A stretch of 63,285 nt of DNA, the filler included, from Intoshia linei (lineage: Eukaryota > Animalia > Orthonectida), in assembly GCA_001642005.1 (NCBI GenBank). It is 7 parts of 7 records of this genome, joined end to end, with 100 filler letters (N's around TTAATTAATTAA, not from the genome) between each part and the next. Parts side by side here need not be neighbours in the genome. Positions count along the whole stretch, not along the records: positions 25,036 to 32,234 come from LWCA01001587.1; positions 32,335 to 40,531 come from LWCA01001472.1; 5 more parts are not named here. One strand, written 5' to 3'. Made by a program: the position numbers and the translations under genes. This document shows, piece by piece, positions 25,658-39,606 of the stretch. The notes under the pieces are model-generated. The model was not told where the DNA came from, made no database searches, and saw nothing but the letters and a program-made list of their open reading frames with translations. Within the stretch, counting starts at the first letter, position 1. The number at the start of each line of letters is the position of its first letter.

Positions 25658-25723
25658 CAGTACAATCGCACTAAGAGAAAATGGCGTCAATTGCAAGTGA
25701 TCATGTTTAGCGCGATTGCACTG
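25658..25723. mobile_element. Minimal 66-bp Tc1/pogo-type MITE
   Basis: TA|CAGTACAATCGCACTAA ... TTAGCGCGATTGCACTG|TA. Confidence 0.65.
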
Positions 25724-27340
25724 TATATCCAAATATATAATTATTTAAATTTGATTAGTTTAAATCAGGCATAGTTTAAACGTTGTATCGATCCAAGAGT
25801 TTGTGGATGCCAACACAAATTTTTTATTTTATGAAAATTTTTTAACATAATTTATACATTACTAGATTGACTGTTATGTACTACGTATAAACAGGACCTA
25901 ACTTTGCCGAGAGCACATTTAATATTATACTAAAAAAATAAATTCACGTTGAAAATTTAACTTAAAAATCCTACTTATCACTATTATCAATCCTTTAAAG
26001 GAGTGGTTAACGATTTTTACTAGTATAAAATTTTAAAATCTGTATTATTTGTTCAAACATGTAAATAACATGCTAATTGTGACGGAATTAATCTGAAAAC
26101 GACAAAAATCGTATTTTTCATGAATTATATAATTCTAGGTCTCGTTTAATTTTTAAAAAAAATGTAAAATTGGGCTTTTAACGTTAAATTTGCAGTAAAA
26201 TCTAATATACAAAAAATATATTTTAGAAAGTTGTATTTTTATAACTCTACCCCACTCATTTTCGTAAATTAACTGGAGCAAACAAATAAATAACATTTTT
26301 AGCTAACAATTTGTAAATAATTATATCCGTAAAGACTGTTATGTACTTTGTACAAGCCGAACAATGTAATTATGTACAATGTTAATAAAAAATCTTACAT
26401 CAATATCACAATTATCAACATGTAATATTTACTATTACGAACTATTTAAAGCTGGAGTGGCCAAATTTTTATTATGCCATCAAAGATGCGCTAATAATTT
26501 TTGTGGAAAATGGCTACTAATAGAATTTATAAGTATAAAAATATAACTTATTATAATAGGTTATATATTGAAATGATAATTATCATTTTAATTTTTTTAT
26601 AATATAAAGATATAATGTATAGAGACTTTTAGGGATTTTTGATCATGCCACTTTTACAATATTTGGATTTAAATGCGCCACTGAGAGCATAATAATGTTC
26701 TTCAAAAAATATAATCAATCATTAATTAATTAAAACGTTGTTATTAAGAGAATAGAGATTAATAAAATGCCGGTAAATCAATCATTAGAATTATCTTGTT
26801 AAATTAAAATTAAGCAATCTAGTTGTTTCGTAAAGTGCGATACAGTCAATTTTATGTGTTTAGCAAAAATTGAAAGCCAGCTATCAAAGACTTTTCAGAG
26901 GGTCATATATCAAATTTTTGTTTTTTTTTTCACGAAATAATTTTTTTTTAAAATTTTCAGCTTTACTTTGCAAAATATTATACTACAGATGATAAAGATT
27001 TTCAGTAAGCATAAATCAAATATAAAATTGTTTTATTTATTTAAGGCCAAATTGAATAAAAAAAAGAGAAATACTATTTTTTAAAAATAAATTACTCTCT
27101 GGATTCACTCAGATACACACGACGAAATTTGTATGAAAAGTTAAGATAGCTTAAGTGAATTTAAATGTATAATTCCGTAATTAAAAATTAGTATGAAATA
27201 CTCGATTTTGTCAATTTCAAGTTTCGACGAAACAAGTGCTAACGAAGAAACGCATTGTAAAGTTAAAAAAATATAAGTAAAATAAAAAATTCTAATGATA
27301 AAATTTAATTATAAATTAATAATAATAGATCTCGTTTAAA

Positions 27341-28768
<1,428 letters not shown>

Positions 28769-29158
28769 TATTTTATTTTAAATATCAAGCAAGTTAAAAA
28801 ATCAAACAAGGCTAGATAATTTTGAACGCAAATGAAAATTTCACAAATTTACAATCAAAAATGTGTTTAATTTACAGAGCAACCGTAAATAAACCACGAG
28901 ATTCGATTGGTTCAAAACATTTACTGTTGAAATTACTAAGCAATTTCACCCGGTAATGTTTGTATCTATGTAAATGTAAATTTGCACTTAAAAATTTGAT
29001 TGTCTGCATTTTGTAAAAATGCTTATCGATATCATTTTTAACATTTCTAAGCAAGTTTTGTTAGTCGAAACCGATTGTATCCAAGTAATAAAATATGAAA
29101 TTGAATAATGTCGATAAAAAATTTAATAGTACATTTTTATTAGTGAAATAATTTTGAG

Positions 29159-29986
29159 TCAACAACAAGACTTGTAGTTATTCATTGGTCTATCAATTTT
29201 TACAACATCGATAGTGTCCAAATTGCTGTAATTGGTGTTGTACTCGATGGCATATTTGTTGGCCAAAGTCGCAGCACATATAAATGCGTCTTCGACTCCA
29301 ACAAGTTGTTTTGCGCTCGACAAAAAGTGTTGAATGTTTCCTCTGGAGGAGCACCATGCTTCAGCTCTATCGGAAGTAACCTATTGTAAATTGTTAAACG
29401 TATATCAATTTTTACTGCTGTTCTTTCTAGGTCAGTCTTATTACCGACCAGAACGAATGGAAAATTTTCAACTCCTTTAGATCCACTTTGTATCAAAAAT
29501 TCGTCTCTCCATTCTTCTAATGATTTGAAAGTGTTTGGTTTATTTACATCGTATACCAGAATACAGCAATCAGCACCCCTATAGAAAGCTACACCTAAAA
29601 AATTGTTAATTAGTAGATTGCAAATTTTTCACTAAACCTAGAGATTGAAATCTTTCCTAAAATGATATTAAATAATCAGTTTTATTACTCGGTTACCTGG
29701 CCTGCAGTATCCCAAATCTATAATCTTTATTAATCAAGTTTTTTCTAAAAAATTACTTGTAAGTCAACGGATTTATTTTCTATATTAACAGTTTTTGTCA
29801 TGAAATCGGCGCCAATTGTTGCTTTATATTGGTTGGTAAATTTTCCTTGTACATAAGCGCTCAATAGGGATGTTTTTCCAACACTACATATTAATATAGT
29901 GTACAAAATAAAAATTCAAACCCACTATCTCCGAGTACAATTATTTTGTGAATGATGTTGTTTCCTGGTACGCCAGTTTTCGACAT
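29159..29986 (-). CDS. RAB7: Rab7-family small GTPase, 6 exons
   Basis: Spliced product has [24 protein letters not shown]|ERFQSLG|[24 protein letters not shown] and a C-terminal SCC* prenylation site. Confidence 0.95.
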
Positions 29987-30221
29987 TTTATTTTTTCTGA
30001 ATTATTTATTTGCAAATTCTAAATTGCACTAGGACAACCAGCAAACTAAGGCAAACAGTGATCTAATTAAGCTAAATTTGGTTTCATTTATAAAAATTAG
30101 AAAGTGTCAATAATTGACGCACAGTTGAAATTTTAAATTATTTATCCGTTGGTATGTTCAATTTGGAATCTTTTAAATAAACTTTCTGCATTTTAATTAT
30201 AGAAACTTTATTTTACTTAAT

Positions 30222-31112
30222 ATGAAGCATCTATATTTTGAACATAAATCTTTAATCAGTGACATTGAAAAATATTACATTATAAATGGAATAAAAAATG
30301 ATGTGAGACAATGTGGTCGATCTAAATTAGAATTTAGGAGTATTGATGAACAAGTATGCAATACTTCAGCATTCAGTTCACTAGAATTGAGTTGTGGAAA
30401 TTCTACAATACACGTGGATGTTAATGGTAAACTTAAACATTTAGGTGAACAAAACAAGAAAGATCCAGAATTTACGTTTAATGTAACAGTTTCTCCATTG
30501 GTAAATTATCCACCATCCGAAACGGAAATTGAATTTCTTACAAAACTACTTTCCTCTACATATGAAAAATCTGAAATTTACAAACAATTTATTATAGCCG
30601 AATCTTATTTATTGTGGAATTTGTTAATCGATGTTATAATTATTTCTAATGATGGCAATATTTTTGATTTAACGTTTCAAACCATTTATCGAGCTTTATC
30701 GGCATGTGTAATGCCAAAAATTAATTGTGAATGTAAATACAAAATTCAGCAAGATGTTCTTATGAACGATAATTATGTTCCCATTCATATAAAATCCAAT
30801 TATTTATCTGCAAAATCTGTTTTACATGATTTTACTTTGTCTCAAAAAAATCTAGACACCTGGCCAATTGACACTAAATCAGCATTGCTGTGTCTTACAT
30901 TTAATATTGTTGGCGAATTGATTATTTTTGATGCTAGTCTATCGGAAGAAATTTGCTCCATTTACCGTATTTTCGTAGTATTTGAACCGTCTACTATGAA
31001 AATAGTTTCCATTCGTTCTTTCGGAGTGGGCTCAATTGCAACTGATGTAATGGTTAATATTATTAAAGAATCCAAACAGTACATATCAAGATATGTAACA
31101 ACCTGTAATTAA
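30222..31112 (+). CDS. EXOSC7: Exosome complex component RRP42 (RNase PH-like), intronless
   Basis: ISDIEKYYIINGIKNDVRQCGRSKLEFRSI parallels the RRP42 N-terminus (SEAEKVYIVHGVQEDLRVDGR); WNLLIDVIIISNDGNIFD; IIFDASLSEE. Confidence 0.85.
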   Translation: MKHLYFEHKSLISDIEKYYIINGIKNDVRQCGRSKLEFRSIDEQVCNTSAFSSLELSCGNSTIHVDVNGKLKHLGEQNKKDPEFTFNVTVSPLVNYPPSETEIEFLTKLLSSTYEKSEIYKQFIIAESYLLWNLLIDVIIISNDGNIFDLTFQTIYRALSACVMPKINCECKYKIQQDVLMNDNYVPIHIKSNYLSAKSVLHDFTLSQKNLDTWPIDTKSALLCLTFNIVGELIIFDASLSEEICSIYRIFVVFEPSTMKIVSIRSFGVGSIATDVMVNIIKESKQYISRYVTTCN

Positions 31113-32234
31113 AAGTATTTTTGTAATTAATTATATTTACTTGAAAATATATCTTATTCTTCGTATATGAATGTGAGTATATTAGAACATTAATTGTTAT
31201 TGTCTTTGAAATTTGAAATTTACAGTTCAAGTGACCACCTTCAAATTGGTTCAAACTTTGAAGTTAAATTTAGTCGCTGTATAATATCGGCTTTTGGTCA
31301 TGTTAGTAGACTGATCCAATTTGTATAAGTTGTAAGGTTACTAATTTTATCAAAATTTTGATTTATCTAATCAGTGATTCCTAACCTTTTTCACGACAGC
31401 GTCATATATAATACTTTGGTATAGTAACAACAATTTATAATTTCGATTATTATTCGAAATATAATACGTATTAACGTCGTTGATTACGGAGTAAAATTGG
31501 CGAGTTTTTTTTCTTTAATTTTAATCATATCACTTATCTAGTTTACAGTGCGCGACATAAATCTTAGACACTCTACAGATTCTCATTAAAAACCACTATA
31601 AAGTTAATAAGGCGAATCTTGAACTTGAAATTAAATATCAGACTAATTAAAGAATTATCTCACCAATATATATCCATGCTGATGTCATAAACTACCTATA
31701 AAAAGATACATTTTAATACGGTTTTGTTTGCGATATTAAAAATATTGACGACATAAGTCTTAGGCACCTTGATAATTTCAATTAAAATTAATTAAATATC
31801 TATAAAAACGAAAAAGGTAATGGGTTACTAATGATCTATAAATTAAAAAGTAACTATTTGTTTAGTAAATGCCGTGAATAAGTGACAAAAAAGATAATGC
31901 CGTGTCTTAATGAAAGGAAGAAAAAAGTCAGGGTTTTATAAGTAAAACCTTTAGTATTTATCGATGTGCGTTTCAAAATATTATTAAAAAATACAAAAGG
32001 GTTTATGCATAGCTTACTTGTCAAGATCAGATAGAAAACGCATGCTGACAGCCAGAGAAGAGACTATTATAATAATGGAATTAAAGAAAAACCATTAATT
32101 GATAGTATTATAGGTTAAAATACACTCCAGAATTACAAAAAGCCTAGTTTAAAGACGGTGCAACGTGTATTATATGGAAAAATTGCAAGTCGAAAACCGT
32201 TTCTTAAAAAATTTCACAGAACAAACCGTTTTAA

Positions 32235-32334
32235 NNNNNNNNNNNNNNNNNNNNNNNNNNNNNNNNNNNNNNNNNNNNTTAATTAATTAANNNNNNNNNN
32301 NNNNNNNNNNNNNNNNNNNNNNNNNNNNNNNNNN
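32235..32334. other. Artificial contig spacer
   Basis: 44 N + TTAATTAATTAA + 44 N. Confidence 0.97.
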
Positions 32335-32450
32335 AATTTCGTACAGATGTATAGATTAATGAAACGAACAAAATTTTCACTTTTCCCTTCAGAAAATCTA
32401 AAAATAATTATTTACTATGAAAAATATGTCCACCCTAATATATAATGTAC

Positions 32451-35400
32451 CTATCACCTCCAATTGCAATACCCTCATAAACTCCATTTGTATTTTTCGA
32501 TATTATATTGTTCAATTCATTGGACATACCACCGGATCTCGAAACGTACGCAACACTAATTACATTTTATTGATATTTCAAATAACGTACCATCCAGGTC
32601 TGTACAATTTAGCTGATAAAATGTTATCAAGCATACCACCAGAATTTCCGATTTTGAAACAACCTGGTTTAATACCACCAACCTAAATTTGCAATATTAA
32701 AGGAAATTTAAAAAAAACTGTAGCCGGTCCGATAATACTGACGTTATTTTCTTTAGAAACCTTGGCTAATTTTCTAGACAAATTTTCGGGTATTCCTTCA
32801 GCTATTATTATTATAGTTCTAAACTAAAATACATCATTTAGGATTGAAATGAAAATAAATAACCTGATTATGCGTCATTGCTTCTATAGTACTTTCATAT
32901 GCAGATCTTAGAGAAGCATAGTTAATTAAAACATCGGCTTTTTTGTATTTTAAAACGGCATCATTCATATTTTTATAAACTAAGAAATTAAATAAATAGT
33001 ATATTAAAATAACAATACCAGGAATCAAAATTTCCTTGTGTCCCCAATAGAATTTTTGAAAATGATTATCTCTAAAATAGAATAAAATGATGCATCTACC
33101 AACACAAACGTCATTGGGTATACGATAGCCACAACAGATGGATCATCCCGTCGGCATACATAGTCAAAATCAATCATTCTTTGAACCGATTTATTTTGCA
33201 TGCCCCATATAATAGCTTTAGTTTTAGAATGGAATAATTCATTTGAATTGAAATCACTATAAGAAGACCTAGTCGAACTTTTCTTGCGCAATCCATTCTT
33301 CAACTAAATTTAAAATACAATCCTGCATCATAGTTTTAATTACGTAGTCTGTAGAAGGCAATAAAAACTTCGCAGTTCTATTTTGGAAATCAAAATGTTT
33401 CAAAGAAATATCTATTTTGTTGAGAGCCATCGAAACTATAGCTGTCATATGAACTTCTGGGCCGAATACTCGCATATAAACACCAAGAGATTTGCCTATG
33501 TTATTATTTTTTAATTTAAATTTTTTTTCAATTTACTAAGAGTGTTTAGATATCTCAACCCTTGTTGGTAATTGGGTCCCCCACGTCGAACAAATATAGA
33601 AACTTCATGAGATATTAAATCTTGACGATAACTTTGCAATGCTCTTCCAATGCCCTATAATTAAATATTCAAATAAATCAACAATTTTTACCTTAAAAGT
33701 GGAAGCTACGTTAGTAAAATTAGCTATTCCTCCACCGATTATTAATATTTTTTCTAAGTTATTATTAAATATTAAACATTGTTAATTTTTTATTTTAATA
33801 CTCTTTTCAGATTTATATTTCGTCATCAGTCCCAAAATAGTTTTTGCATAATCATAAGTTTGGAATTCACTGGGAGCACCAGAATACTCTCCGTAATTTG
33901 CAAGTTCTTCTGAACCTCCAAGGTCACATATTGTATCTGTATAAATAACGGAAGCTCCACCTCCAGCAACCATGGTCCAAATACTACCATACGGCTAAAA
34001 AAATAAATTTACTGTTCATATATAATGGTAATCATTAAATTCCATAAATTGAACTTCGCACACCCTCAGAAATTTTGAATTCCCAAATTTTCGAAAAATA
34101 TTTTTTCGTAGATAGTCTAACCCAGTGATTCTTAACCGGTACACCGCGGCACATTTGTGCGCCATGAGTAGTGTTCAGGTGCATCGCAAAGAAAATAGCC
34201 AAATCTCCCATTAAGAAACCAATACTCGAATAATGTAAAAATAAATTGTTTTATATTTTTATAATGTATAATCTTGGCACGTTTTCGAATATCAATTTTT
34301 TTCTTATTAAATTTTAAGTTGTGCACATAAGTAAAAAGGGTGAAGAAACACTGGTATAAACTATCAATGATGAATTTTGATTATAATGAACAAGTTATCA
34401 AAATTGTCAAATTTGAAACTTGATAATAGAAATTTTTTATACATTTAGTACTTTCTAGTGATGACTAATCACCAAAGCTGGTCAATTTTTTAATACCAGA
34501 AAAAACAATGCAGGTAACTTTGGTGGTACCAAGCAAAATTTTTAAATGAATATAAATGACTAATTTGTAAAATGTAAATCAAATACAATTTTTTAAAAAA
34601 AATTTTTAGTAATTATTTAATATTATTATTTAATTATTAATAATATTATTAAGTAAGGAAAAGGATTTTTCTTTTGTCTTAAGATTTAAGGGTTGGTATC
34701 ATCGGATTTTTTATTTTGGTGTAGTATTAAGAGGTTTTTTATAAAATCGGAAAAAGGGAAATTTTAAATAGATGGTTTGAAATGGATTTTTTATTAAGTT
34801 TTATTAATGGTGGGATAAAATTGGAATTTTTAAAATAATAATGTAGCTGTCGTCTAGGCTTTTGATAAAATCGCAACATTGTAATAAAGTATTTTACAAA
34901 AATAAACAAATTTTTACCAGCATTGCTGGTAAGACTTTTGATAAATCACTATTAAATTATAGCATAACACAGTGTTCTCAAATTGTTTTTACCACGGACC
35001 AAAATTTAACATAAATTTTTTCATAAAAACCGTAGTGGGCCACTACCACTACTACTAGTGACCGCGGTCTGGAAAGTGAACCGGTGACAACAATCCATAA
35101 TAGAAATTTTTCAATAAAACTGCCAAGCAAACAAAATTGGCTATAATTACAATTATAATTAATTAAAATAATTACATTTAATATGGTCAATTTCAACGAA
35201 GCACCACTTTTTGCATCAATATCATGAACATGTTTTTCCTAAATAATTTTAGCAAATGAATTGATTAATTTAAATTATTAATTTTAAGAAATAAATTTGA
35301 TAAAATAGATTATGCCCGCATTTAAACCATTGAAAAAGGGGTACAGATTATGGATAGGTTATCAAAATTCATTGGTAAAATTAAAAACTATACCAACCAT

Positions 35401-37232
35401 AGAACAACCTTTAAGTAGAATCCATGTGGTGCAACAAGTTAACAATGGATATCAATTGTCCCAGATAATTCCAATTGTAGCCAATGATATATTCCAATGC
35501 TGGACTAAGCAGGATATACCCGTTCAAAATAATAGAGCCATTATAAAACGAATTCGTTCTGTATTTCAAAGAAAAAAATTGTATATAAAATGTAGGGATT
35601 TATTCGACGTGATACCATCAAAACCTGAATTCAAAACACCTCAATATATTATATTAATATATATAAAATATTAATAGAGTATAATAATAATATATAATGG
35701 TATAATAATACAAGAGTAGAATAGAATAATAAAAAAAGATATTGGCTGTTGTACTTCATCTATGGTTGAATATCAAATACAGCCTTCAAAACGACCAATA
35801 ATTATTAAAACTGAGATATACATGTAGGACCTACATTGTAGGTATAAGGAACATCGGAAATATTATTTGAAAACATGCCGATGAAAAAATACCAATTAAT
35901 CCCTTGGTAACTTATTGGAAATATTAAAAAGTATCGAATATCTACAGATTTAGCAGAAGAAATTCACACAAAAGCTAATACATCAGTTTCAATCTGAAGT
36001 GTTCTAGAGGTGATGTATAATACATTCGGAGAAGAACGAATGACTTACACTTACACTTAACACGAACGGCTTACACTGTATCTTAAAAAATATTAGCCAT
36101 ACTACAAAAAAACAATGTATCTCCAAACAATATAATTTTATAAGCTAAATAATTTTTTGATATATGGGTCACAGTTTTCATCTAGTTCTAGGCATGGATG
36201 AACAGACCACCAAAACATACACAAATAGATAAACAACCGACAAATTACCTCTGGATAAGCATTGCGACCAAATGGTGGTGGAAACGCTACGCCTCCCCAC
36301 AAACGAGCACACAAATAATTAGCTGTCTGATCCAATTTAGCAGCGATATCAAGAATATGAAATTTTCTGTTTACATAGACTAAATATTTTAAATGTAATG
36401 AAATAAAAATAATAGTAATTACCTAACGGGTTGATTTCCAGGTATGTAAAATAAAGGTTTTGATAAATGGTGTACAAATTAATGATAAATGCAGTTAAAT
36501 CCCTAATATTTATAATTAAATCAAAAAAATTTTAAATTACTTTTTTTTGTCATTGTCCATTCTAGGAGAAAACAAAGGCTCTAGAATTTCACAAGTCAGT
36601 TTTTGATCAATCTCCACAAAAATTTTGCTGGCCTAAATTTTTTTTAAATCAGCGTTAAAATATCAAACCTTTTCATCAACATCTCCGACATTGATACCTC
36701 CTTCCTCATAGTACATAATCTCATCTCCATTCTTTGATGAAGTTATAGCAATGTAATGTTCTTGATTCTAATTAATAATTCTAATAAAAAATAAACAGTA
36801 ATTACCTGTTTATGTACACAAAACGGTTCGATTATAAACCTCTTCAATTTCCCCGTAGTATTATTAATCTGTACCATAAATAATTATAAATTAAGCTATT
36901 AATATACTGTAATTTCTTTATTAGCTTTAGTTTTAATCCATTCTTCACAGGCATTTATTGTAGCATCCAACAAAATTAAATTTAACTTTCCTCTGCGTTT
37001 AATTAATTGATCAGGCTTAACAATTAATTTCTATAAAATTGAATGAAATGAAAAACTACAATTAAACCTCTCCGCCTCGAAAAGCATGTTTGATTGATGT
37101 ATAATTAATGGGTTCATTTTCAACACATTGTATAGTTTCAAATTTATGATAATGAATCAAATCTCCAAATTTTTTGAATTGATCAAACAAAATTCGCTTT
37201 GCGTCGCTTTCATAGATAGCTTTAGCAGACAT
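32451..37232 (-). CDS. ACLY: ATP-citrate lyase, many exons, 3' part lost at contig end
   Basis: [12 protein letters not shown]; [12 protein letters not shown]; [10 protein letters not shown]; [12 protein letters not shown]|[21 protein letters not shown]|[18 protein letters not shown]; [10 protein letters not shown]; [12 protein letters not shown]; [10 protein letters not shown]. Last visible exon ends GVAIGGD(R) at 32451. Confidence 0.97.
34123..34353. mobile_element. hAT MITE in ACLY intron
   Basis: CAGTGATTCTTAACC ... GGTGAAGAAACACTG termini; degenerate 8-bp flanks GTCTAACC/GTATAAAC. Confidence 0.6.
35312..35674 (+). pseudogene. Probable transposon-derived ORF antisense within an ACLY intron
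   Basis: 120-aa ORF inside intron 36248-35239. [16 protein letters not shown]...IIKRI resembles N-termini of invertebrate DNA-transposon proteins (recall only, not verified). Confidence 0.35.
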
Positions 37233-37465
37233 TTAATTCGAAATGTTGAAATATTAGCTATACTGAAGGTTAATAAATGACACTGATAAAAGCTAGTTCT
37301 AATCAATAAAAAAATCAATATTTTACTTTAAAAAGTGTATGGAGATTTATATTTTATGCTAAAGAACGTTACTCTTATTTAATTAGATGTAAATTTTATT
37401 TGGAGAACTCATGGAATTTAAAATAAAGTTGTTTTTAATTTAATTTATTGCGCCGAATTTATGAA

Positions 37466-38028
37466 ATGTCCGATTTGGAATTGTCTAGAAAATACCAAGT
37501 TTATAGTATCACCGATATTTTCATGATTGTTTAGAAACGTGCGGCAAGACTCAGCATATCAGCATTGTTTCAGAGTGAAAATGAAGGTATTTATTGATTT
37601 TAACATTACATGTAAACAAATTAGCTAATGATGAAATCCTGAGGTTGAATAAAGAACTTGAAACGTGGAACAGTGCTCTGAAAGATACTTACAACAACTA
37701 TTCTGATAAATTCAATTGTGTCGATTCGTATTGTCTAGTTATTTATATAATATTTTAAATTAGAGACGAACCAAATTTCGAAATACCTTTCAATACGTTA
37801 CGAGACAGTATTGATAATCTTGTTCGACTTTACAAAATTAGAGTTTTAACTATTACCGAGTTATTTAACATTTCTATTTAGAAATACAAGGCAAAAATAC
37901 TTGACGATTTCAAAGAAAATGACAATATTTGTAAAATCAACCAAACTATACCAGTTGAAAGTAAATTATATTACAGTGGTAATTCGATTATACATTCATT
38001 TTACCGTATTTCTAGTGGGGAAGGATAA
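37466..38028 (+). CDS. Hypothetical ~140-aa protein, 5 exons
   Basis: Four ~35-45-nt GT-AG introns give an open frame: MSDLELSRKYQ|KRAARLSISALFQSENE|ANDEILRLNKELETWNSALKDTY...|DEPNFEIPFNTLRDSIDNLVRLYKIR|KYKAKILDDF...SSGEG*. Confidence 0.7.
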
Positions 38029-38126
38029 ATGGCCAATGAATTTGTTTAAATTTATTATACAAAACTAATATACATTAAAATACATATTTACATTACAAAT
38101 TTTAGGTATTTTACAAAGATACATCA

Positions 38127-39010
38127 TTAATTTAGCGTTTTCCGACAGTTTGAGGCGCCACAAAGGCAAAGTATCTAGAGCAATTAATGTAGACATTAAT
38201 AATTACCATTAATATTACCTTATTGTCTTCGTATGGAAATCTATAATTGTATGTGATTTCGTCATTTTTAAGAATGGCTTTCTTGGAATAAATGACTACT
38301 CTTTTTCTTCCGTCTACAACTATCACACGAGCGGTACAGTTAGGCTACACAGTTTATTTTTATAAATTAGTTACTATATTACGTTGCAAGAGTGGTTTAT
38401 AAATCTGGCCAAATTTCCTTTAGAAGTGGCGTCTATTATGGAATCTAAATTTTTTTTAATTTATTTCTAAAATTCCATTAACCTGCATCGATCCTAAACA
38501 TATAACTGGAATCAATTCCTGAAGATTCATAATTAATTTCTCGTTTATCAGCCAGCATGGGTCTAATCAGCTCACCAACGTACTCTATAACCATATCTCC
38601 AGAAGATATTGGTTCTAAAGTAAATAGCCCCCAAGAGTGAATTTTTGATTTGGCAAATTTTAGCTTTTTTTTCCTAAACTGATATTTTTAGAATAAAAAA
38701 AAAATCTTGTACCTGCAGTTGATTGAATATTTCGATAAAGTTGTTTAAATTCAACTGGTTTTGAATATCTGTTAAACCTATTTGTACTTTTCTAGCTTCA
38801 TATCGTGCTTCTCTGTTCAATCCGGGGGTATTTTTATCATCCTAAAATTAAAATTTCTTTTTATTACAATATGCATACCTCATATTTAAGTTCCAATATA
38901 TTAGTACCTCTGTTAGACATTTTTGAAAAAACAGAAACATTTTTCTTTTTACAATTTTTTTGATACACTTCAATTCTGGAAAGTACATGATTTTCAACTA
39001 AATTTAACTG
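38127..39010 (-). CDS. SETD1: SET1/COMPASS histone H3K4 methyltransferase, 3' exons (n-SET, SET, post-SET)
   Basis: FNQLQ|[19 protein letters not shown]...[11 protein letters not shown]...SSYMFRID...[12 protein letters not shown]|PNCTARVI...[14 protein letters not shown]|[15 protein letters not shown]. Upstream exons unresolved or beyond the spacer. Confidence 0.93.
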
Positions 39011-39361
39011 ATTCAAAAAATATTCATCACTTCAATATTAAATATTCAGACCTTTTTACAAGTCATCTGGTAAATTAATAATTAGATGTTACCAAATTGT
39101 TGACAGGATAGAGACGGGAAACATTTTTAAAATAATCATAACAATACAATAGTCATCAAATTGCATAAAATTCAAATAAAATTGGGACATTATTTTCGAA
39201 AATTGTTTCCTGATGTATTTTTTAATAAAAAAACTAGCAATCAGCCTCCCTCAATTCAAACCAAAGCTAAATTTTTACATTTGAGAGAAAATGAGTTAAA
39301 AATTATTTAATTCTCAATTAAAAGCATAAACTGTTTATGTATATAAAATGGTACTCTATAG

Positions 39362-39606
39362 CAGGGGTTATCAAGACCAAACCAGCTCAGGATTTTAGTT
39401 GATTGTGTTAAATATCGGATATTGTTAATAAATAATTAAAATCTATATTTTTGTTTCAATAATTATTATAATCAATAAATTTCGTAATCACATCATAGTA
39501 TAACAGTAGTATTCAATATGTAAAGTTCACACAGTTAACATTGTAAAATATGTAATTTTTTGTTATGCAAATTTTACTGGTCGACTAAAAAAGTTTGTCC
39601 ACCCTG
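39362..39606. mobile_element. hAT MITE
   Basis: CAGGGGTTATCAA ... TTGTCCACCCTG termini; perfect 8-bp TSD CTCTATAG (39354-39361, 39607-39614). Confidence 0.8.

Noticed and set aside
28769-29158. Rab7 and alpha-tubulin as an operon
   Set aside because: Same strand and 390 bp apart, but this spacing is ordinary in the window and there is no sequence evidence of co-transcription.
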